From: Vicinamibacterales bacterium
GTDB lineage: Bacteria; Acidobacteriota; Vicinamibacteria; Vicinamibacterales; 2-12-FULL-66-21
DNA: 64,000 nucleotides
Direction: 5' to 3'
Assembly: GCA_036496585.1 (NCBI GenBank)
Contig: DASXLB010000004.1
Coordinates: forward strand, 112,929-176,928
In this document: in pieces, positions 8,542-19,993 of the stretch
How positions within the stretch are numbered: position 1 is the first letter of the stretch
How the letters are laid out: each line of letters begins with the position of its first letter
The notes under the pieces: generated by a model
What the model was told of the DNA's origin: nothing
Databases searched by the model: none
The model's input: the letters and a program-made list of their open reading frames with translations, nothing else
Made by a program: the position numbers and the translations under genes

Positions 8542-8650
8542 GGCCGAGCCGTCGCATTTCAGCGTCGGCGCACTATCGGTTCGACTCGTCCGCATCCATT
8601 CAGCGCCACCGCAGAAGCCGGCGCCGCCGGTATGATGGGGATATTCCCTG

Positions 8651-9628
8651 ATGCCGGCCCCGCTGCGTCTCGCCTTGCTCGGGTGTGGATTGATCGCCCG
8701 GGTGCACAGCCGTAATCTGCGCCGTCTCGGACGCGCGGACATCGTGCCCTCCTATGCGAGTCGCGATCGTGCGAAGGCCGAGGCGTATCGCCAGCGCTAC
8801 GGCGGCGTCGCCAGTTACGGCGACTACGACGCGGCGATCACCGATCCGTCGATCGATGCCGTGCTGATCGCGGTGCCGCCGAAGTTCCATCTGGAGCTGA
8901 CGCTGCGGGCGCTCGCGGCCGGCAAGCACGTGATCGTGGAGAAACCGGCGTTCCCCTCGATCGACAGCTACCAGACCGCGGCCGCGGCGCGCGATCGCGC
9001 CGGACGCGTGGTCCTCGTCGGCGAGAACGATCACTACAAGCCGCTCGCGGTCCGGCTCCGCCGGCTGCTCGCGGAAGGCCTGATCGGCGACATGCTGTTC
9101 GCGCACTACGTCACCATCGCGCGGCGGCTCAAGACCGCCGACGACTGGCGCAACGACGAGACGCTGGCCGGCGGCGATGCGTTCTTCGAGGAAGGGATCC
9201 ACTGGCTGCACTTCGCCGCCAGCCTCGGTCCGCGCATCGTCCGCATCGAGGGGATGCGGCCGAGCGCCGCGGGCGGCGGCGGCGATCGCCGCGCCAAGAG
9301 CATGATGGTGGCGTTCCAGTACGACAACAGCGCCGCCGGCACGCTCTATTACTCGCGCGAGGTTCCGTCGCTGCTGCGCGGCATGCGTCTCTCGAAGATC
9401 TTCGGACGCCGCGGCGTCATCACGTTCGAGTCGAACGGCTTGTTCATCGTCGCGCGCGGTCAATTCATGCCGCGGCTGATCTGGCCGGGGATGAACGATT
9501 TCCGCGGCTACCGCGCGATGTATCGCGATTTCGTCGGCGCGATCCGCAGCGGTGCGCCGCCGCAGATGAGCCTCGAGCGCGCCAGGGAGGACCATCGGCT
9601 GATGGACGAGGTGTACGGTTCGCTGTGA
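8651..9628 (+). CDS. Gfo/Idh/MocA family oxidoreductase
   Basis: 325-aa track ORF. Rossmann motif RLALLGCGLIARVH and the motif HVIVEKPAF. Its stop overlaps the start of the next gene. Confidence 0.85.
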   Translation: MPAPLRLALLGCGLIARVHSRNLRRLGRADIVPSYASRDRAKAEAYRQRYGGVASYGDYDAAITDPSIDAVLIAVPPKFHLELTLRALAAGKHVIVEKPAFPSIDSYQTAAAARDRAGRVVLVGENDHYKPLAVRLRRLLAEGLIGDMLFAHYVTIARRLKTADDWRNDETLAGGDAFFEEGIHWLHFAASLGPRIVRIEGMRPSAAGGGGDRRAKSMMVAFQYDNSAAGTLYYSREVPSLLRGMRLSKIFGRRGVITFESNGLFIVARGQFMPRLIWPGMNDFRGYRAMYRDFVGAIRSGAPPQMSLERAREDHRLMDEVYGSL

Positions 9629-11166
9629 TCCAGTCCTACGACATCATCGTCATCGGCACCGGCGCCGGTGGCGGCACGATCGCGCAGGCGCTCGCCGGGT
9701 CGGGAGCGCGGCTGCTGGTGATCGAGCGCGGCGACTTCGTCGCGCAGGAAGACGAGAACTGGAGCGCGGCGGCGGTCTGGAAGGACCTTCGCTACCGCAC
9801 CCGGGAGACGTGGCTGGACAACGAAGGCCGCGAGTTCCGCCCCTACACGCACTACAACGTCGGCGGCAACACGAAGTTCTGGGGCAGCGTGCTCTACCGG
9901 CTGCGGCGCGAAGACTTCCATGACGTGCAGCACGCCGACGGCGTATCGCCGGCGTGGCCCATCGACTACGACACGCTGGCGCCGTACTACGATCGCGCCG
10001 AACGTCTGTACCGCGTGCGCGGCGGGCTCGGCGACGATCCGACCGAGCCGCCGCACGCCGCGCCGTACCCGTTTCCGGCCGTGCCGCATGCGCCGGGGAT
10101 GGGCCGCATCGCCGACCGGCTGCGCGGGCTGGGGCTGCATCCGTCGCCGCTGCCGCTCGGGCTGATCGACGTCGGCGGCCCGAACGGCTGCCGCCTGTGC
10201 AACACCTGCAACTCGTTCGTCTGCCGCATCCACGCCAAGAGCGACGCCGACGTCGTCGCGGTGCGCCCGCTGCAGGCGGCGGCGAACGTGACGCTGTGGA
10301 CCAACGCCACGGCGCGGCGGCTGCTGACCGATCCGGCGGGCCGGACAGTGACGGCCGTCGAGATCGAGCGCGGCGGCGCCGTCGAGGTCGTCGCGGCGCC
10401 AACGGTCGTCGTCTCGTGCGGCGCGATCAATTCCGCCGCGCTGCTGCTGCGGTCGGCGACCGACAAGCACCCGCACGGCCTCGCCAACTCGTCGGGCCTC
10501 GTCGGCCGGCGCTACATGGCGCACCTGGCGACGATGCTCGAGGGGGTGCGCTGGCAGACGAACCACGACGAGTTCCAGAAGACGCTCGCCATCAACGATT
10601 TCTACCTCGCCGGCGCGCACGCGCCGTATCCGCTCGGGCAAATCCAGTCGCAGGGGCGGACGCACGCGATCATGGCCAAGATCACCGGCGACGCCTGGGT
10701 CTACAAGGGGATCGCGATGCGCCACATTCCCCTCTGGGCCTACCAGCGGTGGGTGTCGCGCGCCACCGACTGGCTGGCGATGACCGAGGACCTGCCCGAT
10801 CCCGACAACCGCGTCCGGCTCGCGCCTGATGGACGCATCGTGCTCGACGTGCGCCAGAACAACCAGCGCGCGCACGCCAGGCTCGTCGACACGTTGCGGG
10901 AGATTCTCGGCAGGCTCGGCTACTGGTCGCCGAAGGTGTTCGCGCACATGGCCGGCACCAAGAACACGACGCATCAGTGCGGCACGCTCGTTTTCGGCCG
11001 CGACCCGCGCACCTCGGTGCTCGACCCATGGTGCCGCGCGCACGACGTCGACAACCTCTTCGTCGTCGACGCGTCGTTCTTCCCCTCGTCGGCGGCCGTC
11101 AACCCCGGCCTGACGATCGCGGCGCAGGCGCTTCGTACCGCCGATCACATCATGGGGGTCGCATGA
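9625..11166 (+). CDS. GMC family FAD-dependent oxidoreductase
   Basis: 513-aa track ORF. N-terminal YDIIVIGTGAGGGTIA FAD motif and C-terminal GMC signature HQCGTLVFG...NLFVVDASFFPSS. Overlaps both neighbours by 4 nt. Confidence 0.9.
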   Translation: MIQSYDIIVIGTGAGGGTIAQALAGSGARLLVIERGDFVAQEDENWSAAAVWKDLRYRTRETWLDNEGREFRPYTHYNVGGNTKFWGSVLYRLRREDFHDVQHADGVSPAWPIDYDTLAPYYDRAERLYRVRGGLGDDPTEPPHAAPYPFPAVPHAPGMGRIADRLRGLGLHPSPLPLGLIDVGGPNGCRLCNTCNSFVCRIHAKSDADVVAVRPLQAAANVTLWTNATARRLLTDPAGRTVTAVEIERGGAVEVVAAPTVVVSCGAINSAALLLRSATDKHPHGLANSSGLVGRRYMAHLATMLEGVRWQTNHDEFQKTLAINDFYLAGAHAPYPLGQIQSQGRTHAIMAKITGDAWVYKGIAMRHIPLWAYQRWVSRATDWLAMTEDLPDPDNRVRLAPDGRIVLDVRQNNQRAHARLVDTLREILGRLGYWSPKVFAHMAGTKNTTHQCGTLVFGRDPRTSVLDPWCRAHDVDNLFVVDASFFPSSAAVNPGLTIAAQALRTADHIMGVA

Positions 11167-11675
11167 AAGCGCGTTCCTTCAGCCACACCGGGATCACCGT
11201 CTCGGATTTCAACCGCACGGTGAGGTTCTGGTGGCGCGTGTTCGGCTGCCCGCTGGTCGGCGTCACGGACGCGCCGGCCGATCGCGTCAGCGGCTTCTTC
11301 GGCGCGCCGCCCGGCGGCACCTGCAAGATCGGCTGGATCCGCATGCCGGGCGGCGGCGTGATCGAGATTTTCCATTTCGAGCCGCAGCTGCCGCCGCACC
11401 TCCTCGAATGGCACCGCCGGGGCCTGTCGCACATCTGCCTCAACGTGCGCGGCATCCGCCGATGGTACGACTATCTGTCGAAGGCAGACGGCATCGAGAT
11501 CGTCGGCCCGCCAGAACAATCCCCGCGCGGACATTGGCTGTTCTTCGTGAAGGATTTCGACGGCAACCTGATCGAAATCACCGACCTCGGGCACATGTAC
11601 TACGTGCTCGGCTGGCTGGGGCCGCTCGGTGGATTTCTGTTCCGGCGGGGCCGCTACAAACAGTATTACGTCTGA
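11163..11675 (+). CDS. VOC family protein
   Basis: ATG 11163 overlaps the GMC stop (ATGA). MKARSFSHTGITVSDFNRTVRFW...GVIEIFHF...HICLNV...FFVKDFDGNLIEI is typical of the VOC fold. It is the last gene of a three-gene operon (8651-11675). Confidence 0.8.
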   Translation: MKARSFSHTGITVSDFNRTVRFWWRVFGCPLVGVTDAPADRVSGFFGAPPGGTCKIGWIRMPGGGVIEIFHFEPQLPPHLLEWHRRGLSHICLNVRGIRRWYDYLSKADGIEIVGPPEQSPRGHWLFFVKDFDGNLIEITDLGHMYYVLGWLGPLGGFLFRRGRYKQYYV

Positions 11676-11694
11676 CGCACGGCGCGCGCGGCGC

Positions 11695-12867
11695 TTACCG
11701 GCTCTTCCGCGCCCGGATCGTCACCTTGTAGTTGTTCTCCGCATTCAGGTTGACGAGCGAAACGAAGGCGCGTCCATTGCGGTCGGTGCCGATCGTGGCC
11801 GACTGCGACACGCCCGACACCTCCCAGCCCTTTGGCAGTACGACCGTATTGCGCAGCCCCTTCAGGGTCCGCTGGAAGACGAGCTCGCCTCCGACGAGTG
11901 TGTAGCTGGGCGCCTTCACAGAGCCGGTCAGCTTCAGGTGGGCGCTCTGGCGGTCGTCGGTGATCGGGACCTCGAGTTTTGCAAACGTCGCCCCTTTGTC
12001 CTTGACGATCGACAACTCGTGCGCCGTGTCGAGATCGGTCACCTTCAGATCCCGCAGCTCGAGGTAGGACAGTGAGTCGAGCCGCGCGCGCGGGCCCTTG
12101 CGATAGTCGCTGTAGATCTGCTCGAGGGCGATCTGCCCGGACTCGGGCGCGTCGAGGTCGTAGAGCGTCTTGACGTCATCGAAGAACATGTCGTCGAACG
12201 GCGACGGCGTGAAGGCCGCCGCGGTAGGTCGCGCATGGATCGTCAGCGGATTCGACTGGCCGCTCGGATTGGCGAAGGCGAGCTTCAGCCGCCCGTCGGC
12301 CGTGGTCGAGAGCTGCGCGGCGACGTCAGACGAGATGAACGCGTAGCCCTTCGGCAGGATCACGCCGAGGCGGTAGCCGGCCAGGCTGCGTACCCAGACG
12401 ACGTCCGTGCCGTCCATCATGTAGGTACGGGCGTCCTTGTAGGTCTTGTACACGAGGATCCGGCCGATGCCGCCTTCCGGCACGGGATGAACGAGCGTGG
12501 CGCGGATCTGGTGGGCGTCAGCCTCCCCTGGCACCGGTTCGTACGTGAACGTGAGCGGCCGGCCGGTTCGCGGGTCGTAGACTTCGACGCCGCTGCCTTC
12601 GCTGCCGCCGCGCGTCGCGTTCACCATCTCGGTCGCGCCGGCTCTGGCGGTCTCGAAGAGGTAGCGGATCCGGAACGCCTCGCTGCCCGGCTCGAGAATC
12701 GCGTACTCGGTATACGCGTCCTGCGTGAAATAGCGGCTGACCGGTGCGCTCGGCCGGAGCGAACCGTCGGGATTGAGGCCGCCGGGGAACGGCTGACTGC
12801 CGCGCTGCGCGCTCAACAACGCCACGCTGACGAGTGCGCCGGCCGTGACTGTCATCCATCTCGACAT
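11695..12867 (-). CDS. Secreted hypothetical protein with internal two-fold duplication
   Basis: 390-aa track ORF with signal peptide MSRWMTVTAGALVSVALLSAQ. Both halves end with the related segments LGVILPKGYAFISSDVAAQLSTTADGRLKLAFANPSGQSNPLTIHARP and NTVVLPKGWEVSGVSQSATIGTDRNGRAFVSLVNLNAENNYKVTIRARK. I do not recognise the family. Confidence 0.75.
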   Translation of the reverse strand: MSRWMTVTAGALVSVALLSAQRGSQPFPGGLNPDGSLRPSAPVSRYFTQDAYTEYAILEPGSEAFRIRYLFETARAGATEMVNATRGGSEGSGVEVYDPRTGRPLTFTYEPVPGEADAHQIRATLVHPVPEGGIGRILVYKTYKDARTYMMDGTDVVWVRSLAGYRLGVILPKGYAFISSDVAAQLSTTADGRLKLAFANPSGQSNPLTIHARPTAAAFTPSPFDDMFFDDVKTLYDLDAPESGQIALEQIYSDYRKGPRARLDSLSYLELRDLKVTDLDTAHELSIVKDKGATFAKLEVPITDDRQSAHLKLTGSVKAPSYTLVGGELVFQRTLKGLRNTVVLPKGWEVSGVSQSATIGTDRNGRAFVSLVNLNAENNYKVTIRARKSR

Positions 12868-12873
12868 CCGGGC

Positions 12874-12879
12874 AGGATA
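12874..12879 (-). promoter_or_regulatory. -10-like box TATCCT, 6 nt upstream of ATG 12867
   Basis: The reverse strand reads TATCCT GCCCGG ATG, with no SD. This is part of the recurrent leaderless pattern. Confidence 0.35.
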
Positions 12880-12968
12880 GCATCGCCAGCGAATGACACG
12901 CTGCGACGCCAGGAGTATCGTCTACGGATGCCGGTGCCTCCCCACGCTCCTGGGACAGGAGTGAGCTC

Positions 12969-14576
12969 GTGCGGCTGAGTCTCGCGGTCACGGTGGCCAT
13001 GGCGGCGGCGGCCGTCGCCGGCGCGGTGGTGCCGGCGCGGGCTCAACACACCGGCCATCTGGGCACGGTGACGTTCGCCAATTCCTGCGGCGCCTCAGTG
13101 CAGCCGGCGCTCGCGCGCGGCGTAGCGCTGCTCCATTCGTTCGAGTTCGGCGCCGCGATCGACGCATTCGGGGACGTTGCAGCGGCGGATCCTTCGTGCG
13201 GCATCGCGGTCTGGGGGATTGCGCTGTCGCAGTGGGGAAACCCGTTCTCTCCAGCGCCGCGAGCGGCGCCGCAGCTGTCCACCGGACGCGACACAGTGCA
13301 GCGCGCGAAGGCGACGGGCGCCAGGACGCCACGCGAACGCGCCTATATCGACGCGGTGTCATCGCTCTACGATCGGTTCGACACCCTCGATCAGCACACG
13401 CGCATGGTCGCGTATCGGGATGCGATGGCGCGTCTCGTAGACGCGTATCCAGACGACACCGAGGCGAAGGCGTTCTACGGTGCGGCGCTCGCGGCGGCGG
13501 CGGATCCGACCGACAAGAGCTACGCCGATCAGTTGAAGGCCGGCGCGATGCTCGAGGTCCTCTGGGCGAAGCAGCCGGATCACCCCGGACTCGCGCACTA
13601 CATCATCCACGCCTATGACGTCCCGGCCCTGGCGCCAAAGGCGGTCGAAGCGGCACGCCGCTACGCGACGATCGCGCCCGACGCCCCGCACGCGCTGCAC
13701 ATGCCCTCGCACACCTTCACCCGCCTCGGCTACTGGCAGGACTCGATCGACACCAACATCCTGTCGGCGGCGTCGGCGAAGCGCGGCGGCAACGTCAACG
13801 AAGCGCTGCACGCCAGCGACTACGAGATCTACGCGTACCTGCAGACGGGGCAGGATGCCAAGGCCCGCGCCATCCTCGAAGACGCGCCGCGCATCGCGGC
13901 CAGTCAGAACCGGACCGCTGGCGCGGCTCCCCCCGCGGCCGCCGACTATGCGCTGGCGGCCATTCCGGCCCGCTACGCGCTCGAGCGCGGCGTGTGGGCG
14001 GAGGCCGCGCAGCTCGAGGTGAGGCCTACCGGGACGGCCTACGCCGAAGCGCTCACCTGGTTTGCGCGCGGCCTCGGCGGCGCGCGGGCCGGCGGCACAG
14101 CGGAGGCGAAGGACGCCTCCCGCGAGTTGCAGCTCAGGATCGACGCACTGAACAAGTCTGGCGACAAGTACTGGGCGGAGCAGGTCGCGATTCAAGGGCT
14201 CGCCGTCTCGGCGTGGCTCGCCCTGGCGGACGGACGCTCCGATGCCGCACTGCAGACGATGAGCGAGGCGGCCGATCGGGAGGACGCGACCGAGAAGTCG
14301 GCGATCTCTCCAGGTCCGATCGCCCCGGGACGCGAGCTGCTCGCCGAGATGCTGATGCAGCTGAAGCGTCCATCGGACGCGCTCCTCGAGTTCAGGAAAA
14401 CGATGGCCAAGGAGCCGAATCGCTTCCGCGCCCTGGCAGGCGCGGCGGAGGCGGCGGAGCAGTCCGGCGACGCGAGCTCGGCGGGCGAGTATCGCCGCCA
14501 TCTCGCCGAGATTTGCAGGAACGGCGACACGCCAGGCCGTCCCGCCTTGCAGAAAGCGCGTTCCAGCAGCCGGTGA
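12969..14576 (+). CDS. Secreted TPR-like / all-helical protein with conserved His motifs
   Basis: 535-aa track ORF with GTG start preceded by AGGAG. Signal peptide MRLSLAVTVAMAAAAVAGAVVPARA. Helical repeat-like sequence with the motifs HYIIHAYD, HALHMPSHTF and ALHASDYE. Confidence 0.75.
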   Translation: MRLSLAVTVAMAAAAVAGAVVPARAQHTGHLGTVTFANSCGASVQPALARGVALLHSFEFGAAIDAFGDVAAADPSCGIAVWGIALSQWGNPFSPAPRAAPQLSTGRDTVQRAKATGARTPRERAYIDAVSSLYDRFDTLDQHTRMVAYRDAMARLVDAYPDDTEAKAFYGAALAAAADPTDKSYADQLKAGAMLEVLWAKQPDHPGLAHYIIHAYDVPALAPKAVEAARRYATIAPDAPHALHMPSHTFTRLGYWQDSIDTNILSAASAKRGGNVNEALHASDYEIYAYLQTGQDAKARAILEDAPRIAASQNRTAGAAPPAAADYALAAIPARYALERGVWAEAAQLEVRPTGTAYAEALTWFARGLGGARAGGTAEAKDASRELQLRIDALNKSGDKYWAEQVAIQGLAVSAWLALADGRSDAALQTMSEAADREDATEKSAISPGPIAPGRELLAEMLMQLKRPSDALLEFRKTMAKEPNRFRALAGAAEAAEQSGDASSAGEYRRHLAEICRNGDTPGRPALQKARSSSR

Positions 14577-14601
14577 AATCGGGAGGGGGAAACGGCCGAG
14601 G

Positions 14602-14823
14602 TCAGCGCCGGCGACCGCGATCGGTATGCCGCCGCATCACGATCGTCACTTCGTGTTCCACCGGTGTGTCGTCCACGATTTGCACGCGCGCCGCCGACCT
14701 CTTCCCTATCAGGCCCGGATCCCAGTCGCGACCTTCGATCCGCTCAACATCGTAGGTCTGCACGCCCTGCATTGCGTGCTCGAGGGCGTCGACGGCATCT
14801 CGGCGGAGTTTGACGACGCTCAT
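14602..14823 (-). CDS. Small hypothetical protein (73 aa), last gene of the argG-linked cassette
   Basis: Track ORF with balanced composition: MSVVKLRRDAVDALEHAMQGVQTYDVERIEGRDWDPGLIGKRSAARVQIVDDTPVEHEVTIVM. Its ATG overlaps the upstream stop (ATGA at 14820-14823). No family recognised. Confidence 0.55.
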   Translation of the reverse strand: MSVVKLRRDAVDALEHAMQGVQTYDVERIEGRDWDPGLIGKRSAARVQIVDDTPVEHEVTIVMRRHTDRGRRR

Positions 14824-15461
14824 GCCTCCCGACGCTGCATGGCAGATGCCGTGGTGACGGCGCGTCGAGCTGGCAGCAGAGCCGCGGCCCCGAGCAGCAG
14901 CGCGATCGCTGCGAACGCGAGGTAGCCGGCCGAGCTCGGCTGCTGCACCTGCGCGATAGACCCGAACGTCGCCGCGTCGAAGACGGCGACCAGTACGCGT
15001 CCGGTCGCGCTCGCGGCCGGCTCCGCCAGCGCCGCCAGGACGACGAACTTGAGGATGAGCCCGGCGCCGAGAATCACCGCGAGACTGCGCAGCAGGCGGA
15101 CGCGATCCGGCTGCGCGACGATGGTGTTGAGCAGCAGGACGAACAGGAACGCCGCGACGAAGAACCGCGGCAGCCCGCTGCCCGGAGTGATCATCGTCAG
15201 CACCGCCGCCGCCGCGACGAGGAGCGCGATGAGGACGACCGCGCCGTTGGCGTTGGCCAGGATTGGCCGTGAGCCATGCAGCAGTCGAGCGGGATCGAGG
15301 GCGCCGCTGCGGATGAGCGCCGCCACGACGAGCGTGCCGAGCACGAGCGAGTACGGCGTGGGCGGGACGAAGACCAGCGGCGCGCCGGGTTGGACGCCCG
15401 CCATCAGCGTCGCTGTGAGCAGCATCAGCGGAAGCACGATCGCTTCGCGAACCGAGCTCAT
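14820..15461 (-). CDS. Polytopic integral membrane protein, unknown function
   Basis: 213-aa track ORF with about 6 hydrophobic segments (e.g. AIVLPLMLLTATLMAGV, FFVAAFLFVLLLNTIVA, ILGAGLILKFVVLAALA). ATGA overlaps with both neighbours. Confidence 0.75.
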   Translation of the reverse strand: MSSVREAIVLPLMLLTATLMAGVQPGAPLVFVPPTPYSLVLGTLVVAALIRSGALDPARLLHGSRPILANANGAVVLIALLVAAAAVLTMITPGSGLPRFFVAAFLFVLLLNTIVAQPDRVRLLRSLAVILGAGLILKFVVLAALAEPAASATGRVLVAVFDAATFGSIAQVQQPSSAGYLAFAAIALLLGAAALLPARRAVTTASAMQRREA

Positions 15462-15958
15462 TTGCGTTTCCTGAACACCCGCAGCGGATTGAAGTCCGCC
15501 GCTTCGATCGTCAGGCCCCGCTCGAGCTCCGCCCGCAGTTCGTCGGCCGAGTGCATCTGGAGATCGGGATCGTCGACGACCAGCCGCCCGTCCGGAGCGA
15601 CCGCGATCGCCCGGTCGACCGCCGCCAGTCCCTTCGTGAACAGCGGGTCGTCGTCATAGAGCCGTCCCCACCCTTCGCGGTAAAAGGCGTAGGCGATGTA
15701 GAACTGCGTGCGGGCGTCGCGCTGCGCGCGATCGGCGCGGCCGAACGCCGCGCGCGCTTCCGGGAACTGATCGTGCCGGAAGAACTGCAGCCCGTCGTCG
15801 AACGCCGGTCGATCGATCGCGTAGACGCCCGCCATCGCGGTGAGTCCGCCGCTCACCTCCGCCACCGACTGTGGCTGGTTGGCGTAGATCCACGCGATCA
15901 GCGCCCCATAGCCCAGCGCCATCGCCAGTCCGCCCGCTCTGATGACCGTGTCCCGCAC
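15458..15958 (-). CDS. N-terminally membrane-anchored protein with TPR-like helical domain, unknown function
   Basis: 166-aa track ORF. One TM segment (GGLAMALGYGALIAWIYA), then FFRHDQFPEARAAFGRADRAQRDARTQFYIAYAFYREGW. Confidence 0.7.
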   Translation of the reverse strand: MRDTVIRAGGLAMALGYGALIAWIYANQPQSVAEVSGGLTAMAGVYAIDRPAFDDGLQFFRHDQFPEARAAFGRADRAQRDARTQFYIAYAFYREGWGRLYDDDPLFTKGLAAVDRAIAVAPDGRLVVDDPDLQMHSADELRAELERGLTIEAADFNPLRVFRKRK

Positions 15959-15979
15959 CTGGGTATCGCCCGCGTCCGC

Positions 15980-18808
<2,829 letters not shown>

Positions 18809-18830
18809 GGAGGACGGGCGGTCGGTCCTC

Positions 18831-19730
18831 CTACGGCAGCGTCTTCCGGACCGCGACGTATCCCGTCCGCGCGCGGACTTTGTAGGCCGGGTTCGTCGCC
18901 CGCACGCGGATGCTGTGGTACTGGCCGTCGCCGGGGTGCGGCGAGGAATAGCCGATCACGTATTGACTATTGAGCTCGTCGGCGATGTTCTTGGTCGCCA
19001 CGTCGAGATCCTCGGTCGCGCGGACGAGCTCGGTGTGGCCGCCGCTCTGGCTGGTGATCTCGTTCAGGGTCTCCAGGCTGACCCGGTGCGCGATGTACTG
19101 CGGCTCCGGCGTATCGATGGCGATCGCGTAGACGAAGGCGTCGCTGCGGACCAGCGCCGGCCGCAGGTCGTGCAGCGTGACGTCGCTCGCGGTATCGGCG
19201 CCGTCGGTGACGAGCACGAGCGCCGCGCGCTCGCGCGGCCGGTTCTGGAGGTAGGGCATGGCGGCGACCATCGCGTCGTAGATCGCGGTGGAGCCGGTCG
19301 GCCGCAGCGCCGTCAGCGAATCGTGGACGCCGGTCGCGTCGCTCTGCCAGCCGAAGAGCAAAGCCGGCTGGTGGTTGAACGTCATCAGAAAGAACGCGTC
19401 GGCCGGATCGAGGAGCGAGGTCAGGAAGCGCTCCACCGCCCCCTCGGCGTCCTTGATGCGGCGGCCGAACATGCTGTCGCTGATGTCGAGCAGCAGACCC
19501 AGGCCGAGCGGGACCCGCTCGTTGGTGAACTGCGAGATGGGCACCGGCACGCCGTCCTCGGAGACCTCGAATGCCTCGCGCGGCAGCCCGGTGACCAGCT
19601 TGCCGTTCTCGTCGCGCACCGTCGCGGTCGCCACGGTGAGCTCGACGCTCGACCTCAGCCGCGGCCGTTGTTCCGCGCCAAGGCCCACCGCCGTGATCAC
19701 CGCCAGCGCCGCCACCGTCCACCGACTCAC
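18831..19730 (-). CDS. VWA domain protein of the acidobacterial TIGR03436-like type
   Basis: Track ORF 18831..19787. Typical N-terminal beta region (VELTVATATVRDENGKLVTGLPREAFEVSEDG), MIDAS-like LLLDISDSM, and C-terminal LNSQYVIGYSS...HSIRVR. Start tentatively moved to GTG 19730 (VSRWTVAALAVITAVGLGA signal peptide); ATG 19787 remains possible. Confidence 0.82.
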   Translation of the reverse strand: MSRWTVAALAVITAVGLGAEQRPRLRSSVELTVATATVRDENGKLVTGLPREAFEVSEDGVPVPISQFTNERVPLGLGLLLDISDSMFGRRIKDAEGAVERFLTSLLDPADAFFLMTFNHQPALLFGWQSDATGVHDSLTALRPTGSTAIYDAMVAAMPYLQNRPRERAALVLVTDGADTASDVTLHDLRPALVRSDAFVYAIAIDTPEPQYIAHRVSLETLNEITSQSGGHTELVRATEDLDVATKNIADELNSQYVIGYSSPHPGDGQYHSIRVRATNPAYKVRARTGYVAVRKTLP

Positions 19731-19816
19731 CCGTCCAGTGTAAACCCCGCCGCCGCTTCCGCCCGTGGCACAATAGCCCGGGGCCATTACGGCACCCCAC
19801 GGTCGAGGAGGACGCG

Positions 19817-19960
19817 ATGGAACAGAAATGCGCGCATCCGGCTTGCTCCTGCACCGTCTCTTCTGATGGCGAATTCGGTAAGTACTGCAGCGATCACTGT
19901 AAGAAAGCGGGGAGCATCAGCGAGCTGCGCTGTGGCTGCCATCACACCGGCTGCAAGTAG
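19817..19960 (+). CDS. Small Cys/His-rich protein, bacterial metallothionein-like (SmtA/BmtA-type)
   Basis: Not in the ORF track (47 codons). Sequence: MEQKCAHPACSCTVSSDGEFGKYCSDHCKKAGSISELRCGCHHTGCK. It has 8 Cys and 4 His. A strong SD (GAGGAGGA) ends 5 nt upstream of the ATG. The pattern KCA..C.C.V...YCS..C...CG.HTGC parallels SmtA (KCACEPCLCNV...YYCSEACADGH...CGHTGCNC, recalled from memory). Confidence 0.65.
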   Translation: MEQKCAHPACSCTVSSDGEFGKYCSDHCKKAGSISELRCGCHHTGCK

Positions 19961-19993
19961 CTGCGGGATGTCCCGCTCCGGAGGCACAACAAG

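Noticed and set aside
8560-8612. GGTTCGACTC motif resembling a tRNA T-loop in the csp-downstream spacer.
   Set aside because: I could not build a T-stem, acceptor stem or anticodon arm around it. No other spacer in the window is long enough for a tRNA.
8600-11148. Minus-strand ORFs 8600..9595 and 9508..11148.
   Set aside because: They are antisense to the Gfo/Idh/MocA and GMC oxidoreductase genes, which carry clear cofactor motifs. Shadow ORFs.
19767-19779. 13-mer GGCACAATAGCCC upstream of the metallothionein-like ORF, matching GGCATAATAGCCC at 46357-46369 upstream of the PSCyt gene (1 mismatch).
   Set aside because: It is tempting as a shared promoter or operator. However, a back-of-envelope estimate gives thousands of 13-mer pairs with one mismatch or fewer by chance in 2 x 64 kb. 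The CAYAAT cores may still be -10 boxes, but the extended match is not evidence on its own.
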